Of a DNA stretch of 64,000 nucleotides, positions 8,810-17,721 are shown piece after piece (position 1 is the stretch's first letter; every line of letters starts with the position of its first letter). The notes under the pieces are model-generated. The model had not been told where the DNA came from. It ran no database searches and saw nothing but the letters and a program-made list of their open reading frames with translations. Both the position numbers and the translations under genes were made by a program. The DNA is from an uncultured Gammaproteobacteria bacterium (GTDB lineage: Bacteria; Patescibacteriota; Patescibacteriia; SG8-24; DYFX01). The DNA is taken from positions 7,852 through 71,851 of the forward strand of contig CAZHHN010000002.1 of assembly GCA_964532415.1 (NCBI GenBank), written 5' to 3'.

Positions 8810-10167
8810 GGATGGACTTCGTCGCGGCTGCCGAGTTTCTCCCGCAGGCATTCGCGCGCCGCCTGCCGCTCGTCCCAGGGACGGAGCTTCCCGCCGCGCC
8901 CGACGATCGCCTGCTCGGCACCCTTGCCGGTCAGCAGTACGACATCTCCAGACCTCGCCAGATCGACGGCCTTCATGATCGCCTCGCGGCGGTCGGCGAT
9001 CCTGAACAAGGTCTCCCCTTCCTTCTTCCCGGCCTCGCGCGCGCCGGCGGCAACCTGATCGATGATCGCCTGCGGGTCGTCATCGTAGGGATCTTCATTC
9101 GTGACGATCACCACGTCGGCCGTTCCGCCAGCCAGGCGTCCGAGGATGGGGCGGCGGGCGACGTCGCGGCCTCCGCCGGCCGAACCGAGCACATGCAGGA
9201 TGCGCCGATGCGGCAGGCGTTCGATGGCGGAGTAGAGCTGGCGGAGCGATTCCGGTTCCGGCGCGTAATCGACGATGACGGTGAAATCCTGGCCTTCGTC
9301 GATTCTCTCGAAACGGCCGGGCACGCCGGTGACCTTGGCGAGCGCCCGCGCCATGACCTCGAGCGCCACGCCCTGCGACAATCCGACCGAAACGGCCGCC
9401 AGCGCGTTCAGCACATTATACCGGCCCGGCATTTTCACATCGAAACGCGTATCGCGCACCGTGAAGACCGAGGTATCGGGGTGCAATCCGACGTTCACGC
9501 CTTTCACGATCGCCATCGGCCAGGCGGCCAGCCCGGCCGGCTGCGCCGCACCATCGGCCAGGAAGCCGTATTTCTTGTCCGCTGGCGGTTCAAGAAACTC
9601 TTTCGCGTATTCCGACTCGAGATTCGCGATCGCGACTTTCTTGACGTCGCCGCGCATCGGCAGCGATTTTCGCCTGTGCCGCATCAATTGATGGAAAAGC
9701 TTGAGTTTGGCGCGCTTATAGTTTTCGAAACCATCGTGCGCCTCGATATGCTCCGGCGTGAGATTGGTGAAAACCACCACGTCGTACTCGATGCCGAAAT
9801 GACGGAACTGATCGAGACCCTGCGAAGACGTTTCGATGACGGCGTAGCGGCAGCCGGCTTCGGCCATGCGATGCAGCATCTTCTGCAGAAAGAAGCGTCC
9901 CGGCATCGTCATCTTCATGGCGTTGACGATTTCCTCGCCGGCAACGCGGAAATTGACGGTCGACGTCAGACCGACCTTCTCCCCCGCCTCTTCCAAGATG
10001 CGGGCGATCATGTTCACGACCGTCGTTTTCCCGTTGGTGCCGGTCACTCCGATCACGATCATCCGCCGCGACGGCCAGGCGTACCAGGCGGCCGCAAGAT
10101 AGGCCAAGGCGAAATGGTAGGCCTGGAGCAGTGGCTTGGGAATGAAGGCTCTGAGCCGGGAAAGCAT
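8806..10167 (-). CDS. murE: UDP-N-acetylmuramoyl-tripeptide synthetase (MurE family)
   Basis: GVTGTNGKTT, IETSSQG, FTNLTPEHIEAH, GVPGRFE, VDYA, LTGKGAE. Confidence 0.92.
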   Translation of the reverse strand: MLSRLRAFIPKPLLQAYHFALAYLAAAWYAWPSRRMIVIGVTGTNGKTTVVNMIARILEEAGEKVGLTSTVNFRVAGEEIVNAMKMTMPGRFFLQKMLHRMAEAGCRYAVIETSSQGLDQFRHFGIEYDVVVFTNLTPEHIEAHDGFENYKRAKLKLFHQLMRHRRKSLPMRGDVKKVAIANLESEYAKEFLEPPADKKYGFLADGAAQPAGLAAWPMAIVKGVNVGLHPDTSVFTVRDTRFDVKMPGRYNVLNALAAVSVGLSQGVALEVMARALAKVTGVPGRFERIDEGQDFTVIVDYAPEPESLRQLYSAIERLPHRRILHVLGSAGGGRDVARRPILGRLAGGTADVVIVTNEDPYDDDPQAIIDQVAAGAREAGKKEGETLFRIADRREAIMKAVDLARSGDVVLLTGKGAEQAIVGRGGKLRPWDERQAARECLREKLGSRDEVHP

Positions 10168-10385
10168 GGGATCAGGATAGCATATGCGCGAAAAGGCATC
10201 TGGCTGTGTCTCCGGAGGCTTGCACATTTCTCCTTGACGCAGAGATTAATTTCATGCTATCGAATACCCATGGTTACGCCGCCCAACCCGGGCAAGCGGC
10301 CAGCGGCAGACAATGCGGCTGTACGCTTCTCCGGGCGGCGGCGTCCATGCCATCCCGCCTCCGTCCCGAAAGGAAACGCCTCCGC

Positions 10386-10763
10386 ATGGACGATGACACC
10401 GAATGGCGATATCCCGGCGAGATTGATGATGCCTATCGGGAAAGTATCCGCGAGCGCTTCACTTGGACAACCGTCCTGACGGCGCTGAAGATCCCGTACG
10501 AACTCAGCGGCGAACGGAGAAACCGCATCAAGCTGCTGTGCATCTTCCATGCGGAGAAGACACCTTCTCTGCTCTTCTATCCGGATGGCGGCTTCATCTG
10601 TTTCGGCTGCCAGCAGCAGGGCGACATCGCGCAATTCGTCTTCCTCTGGTTCGACAAGACCTTTCCTGCGCTGAACTGCACCGGCGTTCCGAAAAAGGCG
10701 CTCGATGATTTCTTCGCTTCGTGCGCGAAAAAGAATCCGCAACAACTTGATCTTCCGATCTGA
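10386..10763 (+). CDS. Stand-alone CHC2 (primase-type) zinc-finger protein
   Basis: CIFHAEKTPS...FICFGCQQQGDI; no TOPRIM domain; AAGGA upstream; ends QQLDLPI. Confidence 0.8.
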   Translation: MDDDTEWRYPGEIDDAYRESIRERFTWTTVLTALKIPYELSGERRNRIKLLCIFHAEKTPSLLFYPDGGFICFGCQQQGDIAQFVFLWFDKTFPALNCTGVPKKALDDFFASCAKKNPQQLDLPI

Positions 10764-10768
10764 ATGCG

Positions 10769-10797
10769 ATCGGGTTCCATATGGGGCTCGATTTTTT
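10769..10797 (+). terminator. Intrinsic terminator
   Basis: ATCGGGTTCC-ATAT-GGGGCTCGAT-TTTTT. Confidence 0.65.
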
Positions 10798-11602
10798 ATA
10801 AAATCTGGAAACGTTTCTGAAAAAACTCCTCCATTATGTATTTATACATCATGAAAAGAGTCGGAATTACCAAACGTTGATTGTCCAATAAGTTCGCAAA
10901 AACAAAACCGACCATAAACTCCACCTGTAGAGCATCCATTCCTGTAAAGCTGGATGGCAGCACCAATTTGGCGAAAGTCGCACCATCAACTAACGGTCCT
11001 TCTAGCATTTCTACTGGACTTTTTCCAGATTTGTGAAACGTGACGTAAGAATCGTCTTCAACTTGTGCGCCCAAACTTAAAACCTTCGCACCCGTAGCAA
11101 TCACATGTAGTGTTCTGTGCTTATCCTTGTCTGAAAGTTCTCGAAGTATGGTGAGCGGATGATAACCGATAACGCCAGCCCCCATGAACGGTTGAACTTG
11201 TAAAAAGACTTCCAAGAATTTTTTAGGGATACCAGGCAGTTTTTTCTTTACACCCTCAGAAAATTTTTCTTGATTTTCACAGATAGGAAAGTATATCTGT
11301 TTCTGCTGTAATTCAGAAAGATTTTTGAAGTCGCTATAATGGCTCACCGTCTGCCAAGCTAGGTTGTCCAAAGCTGCTCTCAAATGATGAATAGTTTCGC
11401 TCAATAACAATGGAATTTGTTTCGGGATCACAGTCCGAGAAGCCCATCTCCAAGAGATAATCTTATTCTCATGATCAGTTTCACGAATAATGTTTGTAGT
11501 ATTAAACTTGGAGCCATAAGCATGCAGAATGTCGTTTATTTCACGCATTCTGATTTCCGCTTGAGCCAAACGATCAGCGGTGTCTTGAAACAAGACTGAC
11601 AT
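10796..11602 (-). CDS. Low-GC hypothetical protein (HHLRAALD...FPI...QPF...DKHR motif series; possibly HEPN-like)
   Basis: 268-aa ORF, markedly AT-rich relative to flanks, starts 3 nt after the murD stop. Confidence 0.8.
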   Translation of the reverse strand: MSVLFQDTADRLAQAEIRMREINDILHAYGSKFNTTNIIRETDHENKIISWRWASRTVIPKQIPLLLSETIHHLRAALDNLAWQTVSHYSDFKNLSELQQKQIYFPICENQEKFSEGVKKKLPGIPKKFLEVFLQVQPFMGAGVIGYHPLTILRELSDKDKHRTLHVIATGAKVLSLGAQVEDDSYVTFHKSGKSPVEMLEGPLVDGATFAKLVLPSSFTGMDALQVEFMVGFVFANLLDNQRLVIPTLFMMYKYIMEEFFQKRFQIL

Positions 11603-11605
11603 TGT

Positions 11606-13036
11606 TCAACTCAACTTCTTTACTACATTACGGAACTGCTCCCCCCGATCGAATTCGTTGACGAACAACCCGAACGACGCGCAGCCCGGCGAGAGCAGCA
11701 CCGCCTCACCTTTTTTCGCGGCGCGCGTCGCGTGCGCCACCGCCTTATGCATTGAAGAAACGACCTCAGCCGGCCGCATGCCGGCTTTTTTCAGCGCCGC
11801 AGCCATTTTCGGCGTGGCTGTGCCTTCGAACAGAATGATTTCTTTCGCGAACCGTTTCGCCGCTTTCGCCCATGGCCCGAATTGCAGCGCCTTGTCGGCG
11901 CCGCCGGCGATCAGCACGCCTTTCTTTTTCTTAAAAATCGTCTCCATGGCGGCGACCGAGGCTTCGGGCGTGGTGGCGGCGGTATCGTTCCAATAGCCCA
12001 CGCCACGCACGTCGCGGACATGCTCAAGACGGTGCGGCACGCCTTTGAAATTCCGCAGGGATTTTTGGATCGCCGCGGGCCTGGCTCCGCGCAAAAATGC
12101 GGCTCCGCCGGCCAGAAGCGCGTTCCAAAGATTGTGTTCCCCCGGCAGCCGCACGTCCCCGGCATCGAACAGGACCGTCTCGATGCCCTGCGCGCGAACG
12201 ACCGCCTTCCGCCTGCGGAAAAAAACGGCGTTCTGATCGCCCGGCACCGGCTTCATCGACGCCCAGAAGCGTTCGCCGCGGACGCGCGCGCCCATTTTTT
12301 TCGTCCAGGGATTCCCGAACGGAACGATGGCGATGTCGGTCGGCAGCTGCCAGGCATAGATCAGTTCCTTGGCGGCAGCGTAGTCGGCCATGCCGTGATA
12401 GCGGTTGAGATGATCCGGCAGGACGTTCGTGAGCACGGCGATCGACGGGCTTCTTTCCACGCTCTTCAGGCTTTCGAGCTGCCACGAAGAGAGCTCGAGC
12501 GCGACGGGCACCGCTCTTTTCGCCGGTATGGCCTCTTCGAACGGCGACGTGCGGATATTGCCGGCCACGAAGGCGCGGCCGAAGGCCGCCTGAAGCATCG
12601 CGCCGAGCAGGGATGTTACGGTCGTCTTGCCTTTGGTGCCGGAGATACCGACGATCGGCTGGGGGCAAAGCCGGAAGAACAGCGAAACATCGGACTCGAC
12701 CGGCACGCCGGCACGCCGGGCGACCGCCAGAAACCGGGAATCGCGCGGTACGGCGGGATTTTGGATCACCATGTCGGCCGTCCGGAAATCGGCGTCACGG
12801 TGCCGGCCGAGAACATAGCGGATCGGGTGCGCGTTCGTGCCGAGGGTTTTTCTCAACCGTTCCAGCTCCGAAATCGACGGCGCCAGCGCATGGCGATCCT
12901 TCAGGTCGGTGACGGTCAGACGCGCGCCCTGGCGCAGCAGCCATTTGGCCACGCCCAAGCCGCCACGGTTGAGGCCGAGACCCATGATCGTGACTTTACG
13001 ACCGAGGAATCCTTTTCCGAAGACATCAGAGGTCAT
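11606..13036 (-). CDS. murD: UDP-N-acetylmuramoyl-L-alanine--D-glutamate ligase
   Basis: MGLGLNRGG, SGTKGKTT, LELSSWQL, HRLE, NDTAAT, LLSPGCASF, FDRGEQF. Confidence 0.95.
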   Translation of the reverse strand: MTSDVFGKGFLGRKVTIMGLGLNRGGLGVAKWLLRQGARLTVTDLKDRHALAPSISELERLRKTLGTNAHPIRYVLGRHRDADFRTADMVIQNPAVPRDSRFLAVARRAGVPVESDVSLFFRLCPQPIVGISGTKGKTTVTSLLGAMLQAAFGRAFVAGNIRTSPFEEAIPAKRAVPVALELSSWQLESLKSVERSPSIAVLTNVLPDHLNRYHGMADYAAAKELIYAWQLPTDIAIVPFGNPWTKKMGARVRGERFWASMKPVPGDQNAVFFRRRKAVVRAQGIETVLFDAGDVRLPGEHNLWNALLAGGAAFLRGARPAAIQKSLRNFKGVPHRLEHVRDVRGVGYWNDTAATTPEASVAAMETIFKKKKGVLIAGGADKALQFGPWAKAAKRFAKEIILFEGTATPKMAAALKKAGMRPAEVVSSMHKAVAHATRAAKKGEAVLLSPGCASFGLFVNEFDRGEQFRNVVKKLS

Positions 13037-13725
13037 ACGCGTTGCCGAAATTGGTCGGCGGAGAGGCAGGTCGCCACCAACGCCGCGCTGATCTGCCAGA
13101 TCATCTGAAGATAGGCCGCGAGGCCGCGGAAAAAACCGACCTTCTGCATCTTGCGCCGTTGCGTGACGCCTTCCGTCAACACCCGACCGTACGGCAGCCG
13201 GTTGACGCGGCAGAAACAACCGAGCGCGATTTCAACGCGGAAGCCTTCGAGAAAACGCGGCGGCACGCCTTCGAAGATTTCCCGCCTGAGCGCCCGCTCG
13301 CCGGCAATGGAAGGCAGCCGCGCGATCAGCCGCGTCACGATCGGACCCCAGTCGCGGAGTCCCGTGCACATCGCCAGACGGCCGTCGAGTACCGGCGCAG
13401 TCAGACGTTCGATGTGTGCCGGCGTGAGTCCGATCAGATCGGCGTCGCAGAATAGCAGCACGTCATGCGAAGCCGCGGCGACGCCATGCCTGAGCGCGCC
13501 GCCTTTCCCTTGGTTGCGTTCCAGGCGCAGCACGCGGTCGGCGCCGGCACGGCGCGCCGCGTCCGCCGTCCGGTCGCGCGAACCGTCATCCACCACGATG
13601 ACTTCGCCGACCGAAGCCGCGGATTTCAGGGCGCGCACGACCTCCGCAACCGTCCGCTCCTCGTTGCAGGCCGGAACGATCGCCGAAGCGCGGCGCGCTT
13701 CATCGGCCGCGGAGCGAAAGTTCAT
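13033..13725 (-). CDS. Glycosyltransferase family 2
   Basis: IVPACNEE, VVDDGSRD, NQGKGGA, FCDAD. Confidence 0.9.
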   Translation of the reverse strand: MNFRSAADEARRASAIVPACNEERTVAEVVRALKSAASVGEVIVVDDGSRDRTADAARRAGADRVLRLERNQGKGGALRHGVAAASHDVLLFCDADLIGLTPAHIERLTAPVLDGRLAMCTGLRDWGPIVTRLIARLPSIAGERALRREIFEGVPPRFLEGFRVEIALGCFCRVNRLPYGRVLTEGVTQRRKMQKVGFFRGLAAYLQMIWQISAALVATCLSADQFRQRV

Positions 13726-14269
13726 ACAGGATCTCCTCGGCCTTGCGCAGATGGGCGCGGGCCTGGTCGTACTTCGTCCGGAGATAGCCGGAGTAATCCA
13801 TCGCATCGAGGCCGGCGATCACCCGGTCCATCCGGGTTTTCAATTCCCTGGTTTCGGCATCCCGCCCGGCCGTCGCGAAGACGGTCATGAGGCGCACGCC
13901 TTCACCGAGCGCGTCGCACAGGCCGGCGATCTGCGTTTCTTCGTCGAATCCTTCCAGAGGCGAAACGTCGCCTTTCCAGGCGAGTTGCGCGACAAAGCGC
14001 GCCTCGGCGTACTCTTCGAGCGCGGCGCGGTAGCTGCCCTCATGCGACAGGCGCGCGTTCGCCGACGCTTTCGTGCCGATCTCCGCGAAGACATGTTCCG
14101 CTTCGGTCAGAAGCCTCTTGGCTTCGGCTTCGTCGTCGCGCAGGATCGAGAAAATTGCCCGCTTTGAGCACCCCTGCGCTCTGGCGGAAAGGGCGATGAT
14201 CTCGCGGCGGGCGAGATCGAACGCTTCCTGTTCGGTTTTCAGACGGGCGAGGAAATCTGCGGTCGGCAT
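13700..14269 (-). CDS. Translin/TRAX family protein
   Basis: RREII..S...SKRAIF; ALEEYAEA; GLCDALGEGVR; LRTKYD; all-helical, 189 aa. Confidence 0.85.
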   Translation of the reverse strand: MPTADFLARLKTEQEAFDLARREIIALSARAQGCSKRAIFSILRDDEAEAKRLLTEAEHVFAEIGTKASANARLSHEGSYRAALEEYAEARFVAQLAWKGDVSPLEGFDEETQIAGLCDALGEGVRLMTVFATAGRDAETRELKTRMDRVIAGLDAMDYSGYLRTKYDQARAHLRKAEEILYELSLRGR

Positions 14270-14317
14270 AGCCTTGGCAGAATAGCGGGATCGTAGCCGG
14301 AAATCAAGAACGAAAAG

Positions 14318-14340
14318 AAAAACAGCGGCACAGGCCGCTG
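14318..14340 (-). terminator. Intrinsic terminator of the metallophosphoesterase gene
   Basis: CAGCGGC-CTGT-GCCGCTG-TTTTT on the minus strand. Confidence 0.7.
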
Positions 14341-14343
14341 CCG

Positions 14344-15915
14344 TCAGACGTGATTCCAAGTGGCCGCTTCCCCGGTCGGAAGAAAGAAACGGTCGGCCTG
14401 ATGATCGTAGTGGAGAAGCCGCACATGCACATCCGTCGTACCGTCCTCCTCCTGATACACCAGGGTTTCGACGGGCGCGAGCCGAAAGGACGTTTCGTCC
14501 CGATATTCAGCGGTGGCTTGCCTCCAGAGCAGGTGGAGGATGACGAGCGTGACCACCGGCCAACGAAACATCGCCAGCGGCGAGACCACCAGCAGCAGGA
14601 AAAGTCCCGCTGAAAGGAGGGCATAACCCGCCGTCACTGCGCAGGCTTTACGAGGCACGTGTACCCAATGATAGCCGATGTGCCGGAAGAAGGTTTCGAC
14701 CGGCGTCCAGCGGGTCCGGCAGCGCACCTCCGGCATGAAGGTTCGCACCTCCAGGCCCGCCAATCCGCTGTTGTAGTACATAACCGTCCGATCGCGGAAC
14801 GGGTATGTTTCAACCTTGCGTCCATGCGTGTGGGCGCCGACCAAGTGACGAATCCGGGGATGCGCGTCGAGAAACGCGCGAAGATGTTTCTCGTACCGAT
14901 CCGGCCCCATCGTATTCAAGACAACGATCACGGACTCCCAGAGGCGCAGCAGGCCGTCACGGAAATACTGCAGCACATCCACGCCCGCAACGATGACAAC
15001 GACCAGGCACAGCCGCAGCAGGATATGGAAGATGCTTTGCGGCTGCCGGGCGAAGCCCATCGCGTAGGTCGCGCCATGATCGGCGCGGCGGTTGATGTCC
15101 CTGAAGTAATGGCGTTTCAACCACATGCCGAGGCTGGCATGCAGGCAGGAGGCCAGACGCACGTTCAAGATCTTCACTTTCTTGCCGAACCAAGGCGTCA
15201 ACGCCGCCGGAATGGAGCGCAGCGCGATGATGAAACTGACAGCGGAAATGGACACGGCGATCGCTCGACCACGGAATCCGGCAGGCAAAAGCGAGAAGGC
15301 TGACCAACTGACGATGACCGCGACGACAAGGGCCAAAAGCCCCACGAAGATGGTCGCCCTCCGACTGAGCATGACGGTCTTCTTGAACGCCTTGGCGATC
15401 GGCGGATCGGCGTTCCAGGGATCGAAGGCGTGCCCATGCAGGTGCAAGACCGTCTCCCCGACCGGCCAACCGTCCTCGTGGAAGGTGACGCGGCCGGACG
15501 GTTCCAGCGGTGCGAGCGCCCGTTCGATAAGCTCGCGAACGCGTGGCCAGCGCATTTCCATGTCGTGATTGCCGGGGATGATCCGGCAGCTCAGTTTGGG
15601 ATAGCGCAAAAGGAATTCGCGCAGCCCGGAGAAATACCCAGGGTGCGCCCTCAGGATCGCTTCGGCCTTGGCGACCGCCGCCTCTTCGGTCGGCACGACG
15701 CCATACTCTCCGTTGAAGGGCGCGGCCAGCAAATCAAGCCAATCGCCCAGAAACACCAGATCGTATTCAACATCTGGCCCGAAGACGCCAGTATGCGTCT
15801 TGAGCATGGCGAGATAGGCACGCTCGATTTCCTGAGGAAAATCTTCAAGCCTGGCGTCACCTGCCCCGAGGTGTTTATCGCCCAGCGAAATCGCTACTCT
15901 GATCAATTTTCGCAT
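14344..15915 (-). CDS. Calcineurin-like metallophosphoesterase with inserted transmembrane segments
   Basis: GDKHLG, GDWLD, GNHD, HGH, AHTH motifs; several hydrophobic helices; SD GAGGAG. Confidence 0.85.
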   Translation of the reverse strand: MRKLIRVAISLGDKHLGAGDARLEDFPQEIERAYLAMLKTHTGVFGPDVEYDLVFLGDWLDLLAAPFNGEYGVVPTEEAAVAKAEAILRAHPGYFSGLREFLLRYPKLSCRIIPGNHDMEMRWPRVRELIERALAPLEPSGRVTFHEDGWPVGETVLHLHGHAFDPWNADPPIAKAFKKTVMLSRRATIFVGLLALVVAVIVSWSAFSLLPAGFRGRAIAVSISAVSFIIALRSIPAALTPWFGKKVKILNVRLASCLHASLGMWLKRHYFRDINRRADHGATYAMGFARQPQSIFHILLRLCLVVVIVAGVDVLQYFRDGLLRLWESVIVVLNTMGPDRYEKHLRAFLDAHPRIRHLVGAHTHGRKVETYPFRDRTVMYYNSGLAGLEVRTFMPEVRCRTRWTPVETFFRHIGYHWVHVPRKACAVTAGYALLSAGLFLLLVVSPLAMFRWPVVTLVILHLLWRQATAEYRDETSFRLAPVETLVYQEEDGTTDVHVRLLHYDHQADRFFLPTGEAATWNHV

Positions 15916-15962
15916 GACGCGTCTCCTCGATAAGGGTAAGCAGGCCTCAAAGACCTGCCCGC

Positions 15963-15991
15963 AGTCCATCAAAAAAAGACGGGTTTGTCAA
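15963..15991 (-). promoter_or_regulatory. Putative sigma70 promoter of the metallophosphoesterase gene
   Basis: TTGACA-17-TGGACT. Confidence 0.55.
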
Positions 15992-16021
15992 TTGCGGGTG
16001 CAAACGCTACGATGGCGGTCC

Positions 16022-17035
16022 ATGCGTCCCAAAACAGCGTATCTGAAACCCTTCATCGCCGTCGGAGCCGTGCTTCTGATCGGAATGGCCTGGTGGCAGC
16101 GGTCCGGCAGGCATCCCAAAGCTCCGCCCGCGCGCGCGACCGCACCCGAAACCTTCGCCCCAGCTCCGCCCGATCGCACCCGCCCGATCGCCGTCATGAT
16201 CGACGATCACCCCGACGCCTGGCCGCAATCGGGCCTTTCCAGGGCCGCCATTGTCTGGGAGGCGCCGGTCGAGGGCGGGCTGACGCGCGACATGGCAGTC
16301 TTCCGCAGCGCCAGCGCGACGGAGATCGGACCGGTCCGGAGCGCGCGGCCGTACTTCCTGCTCTGGGCCCGCGAAGCCGACGCGGTTTACGCGCACGTCG
16401 GCGGCAGCGACGAAGCCTTGAAGGATCTCTCGACCCGCATGTACGGGCTGGATGACGCCGACGAATTTTCGCATGGCAACAGCTTTTGGCGCGACGCGTC
16501 CCGCGATGCGCCTCACAACACCTACAGCTCGACCGAAAAAATGCGCGCGCTAATGGCCGCCAAGAGCTGGCACACGGAAACTGAAGCGACCGATCCGTGG
16601 CGCCGCGACGGCGCCACGGCGACCGGCACGCCGGCCTCCGCCATCGAAATCGCCTCTGTCGCCGGAGGAGAGACGATCAGTTTCCGTTGGAACGCCGCGC
16701 GGCGCGGCTACGACCTTTCACGCCGTGCGCCGGCGGTGCACGACCGCTCCGGCGAGCCCGTTTCTCCCGCCAACGTGATCGTCATCGAAGCCAAGATCAT
16801 TCCGATCGCCGACCCGCATGCCAAGGGTCTGATCGGCATCGAAGCGATCGGTGAAGGCTCTGCCACGGTTTTCCGCGACGGCGTCGCCATTCCCGCCAAA
16901 TGGAAAAAGACATCGGCTGCTTCGCCGACGCGCTTCATCGACGCGCAGGGGCGCGAAATCGCGCTCGCTCCGGGACAGGTCTGGATTTCGGTCATCGGTA
17001 CCAACCGTAGCGGCAGCGTAACCTTCCGTCCGTAG
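16022..17035 (+). CDS. DUF3048 (YerB-like) domain protein
   Basis: RPIAVMIDDHPDAWPQSGL, VEGGLTR, GPVRSARPYF, APHNTY. Confidence 0.9.
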   Translation: MRPKTAYLKPFIAVGAVLLIGMAWWQRSGRHPKAPPARATAPETFAPAPPDRTRPIAVMIDDHPDAWPQSGLSRAAIVWEAPVEGGLTRDMAVFRSASATEIGPVRSARPYFLLWAREADAVYAHVGGSDEALKDLSTRMYGLDDADEFSHGNSFWRDASRDAPHNTYSSTEKMRALMAAKSWHTETEATDPWRRDGATATGTPASAIEIASVAGGETISFRWNAARRGYDLSRRAPAVHDRSGEPVSPANVIVIEAKIIPIADPHAKGLIGIEAIGEGSATVFRDGVAIPAKWKKTSAASPTRFIDAQGREIALAPGQVWISVIGTNRSGSVTFRP

Positions 17036-17041
17036 CGTGGT

Positions 17042-17512
17042 TCATGGTTGGGTATCGCACCAATCTCGGACGGAACCGACCACGAACGTCCATTTACGGA
17101 TTTCCGGCATAGGCAAAAGATCGCAGGGCGATTCCTGTCCGGCGCGGGGCGGGAGCGGCGCGACGTAACGGCCGCGGCGACTGGGTACGTCGACGGTACA
17201 GACCGCTCCGTCGTCGTGGCCTTTGCCGATCCGGACGATATAGGCGGCGCAGTCGCCGTAGGCGCGCATATGTTCGGCGACGGACTCTTCGACGCCGCCG
17301 GAATCGTCCGGAAAGAAACGCTTGGCCATGGCCGCTCGCGCATTCCACGTCCAGAGACCGATGGCCGCCAGCAGGCCGAGCGACAGCAATTCGCCGCGCG
17401 AAGGACCATGCGACGAACGCGCCACCGCCCAGACAACCGTCCCGGCGGCGAGCGTCACGGCAGCCGCGCCGATCAGGGCGGCCGGAAATTCCCACGAGAA
17501 GGCGAAATCCAT
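17042..17512 (-). CDS. Hypothetical membrane protein
   Basis: Two N-terminal hydrophobic helices; TATACT 8 nt before the ATG. Confidence 0.65.
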   Translation of the reverse strand: MDFAFSWEFPAALIGAAAVTLAAGTVVWAVARSSHGPSRGELLSLGLLAAIGLWTWNARAAMAKRFFPDDSGGVEESVAEHMRAYGDCAAYIVRIGKGHDDGAVCTVDVPSRRGRYVAPLPPRAGQESPCDLLPMPEIRKWTFVVGSVRDWCDTQP

Positions 17513-17530
17513 ACCCGGGAAGTATACCAA

Positions 17531-17566
17531 AAAGAAAGCGTTCCGCCGCGGCGGAACGCTTTCTTT
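17531..17566. terminator. Perfect 36-bp palindrome, terminator after tRNA-Lys
   Basis: AAAGAAAGCGTTCCGCCGCGGCGGAACGCTTTCTTT equals its own reverse complement. Confidence 0.8.
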
Positions 17567-17641
17567 GGTGGGTCGGCCGGGAATCGAACCCGGGACCATC
17601 AGCTTAAAAGGCTGTTGCTCTACCGGCTGAGCTACCGACCC
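17566..17641 (-). tRNA. tRNA-Lys(TTT)
   Basis: GGGTCGGTAGCTCAGCCGGTAGAGCAACAGC-CTTTTAA-GCTG...GGTTCGATTCCCGGCCGACCCACCA. Confidence 0.95.
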
Positions 17642-17653
17642 TCGACCGTTGGC

Positions 17654-17682
17654 AGGATAGCCGCTTTGAGCCGAAAAGTCAA
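17654..17682 (-). promoter_or_regulatory. tRNA-Lys promoter
   Basis: TTGACT-17-TATCCT. Confidence 0.7.
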
Positions 17683-17721
17683 CGGGATCAGGCTTCGGGG
17701 ATTTCGCGTCCGCATCAAAAG

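Noticed and set aside
7192-10479. 1095-aa plus-strand ORF
   Set aside because: Antisense shadow of two tRNAs, the PPIase, ftsB and murE; long stop-free antisense frames are expected in high-GC3 DNA, and it has no motifs.
17042-17641. tRNA-Lys (and the tRNA-Gly/Thr pair) as island integration sites
   Set aside because: I noticed no duplicated tRNA 3' end and no integrase in the window.
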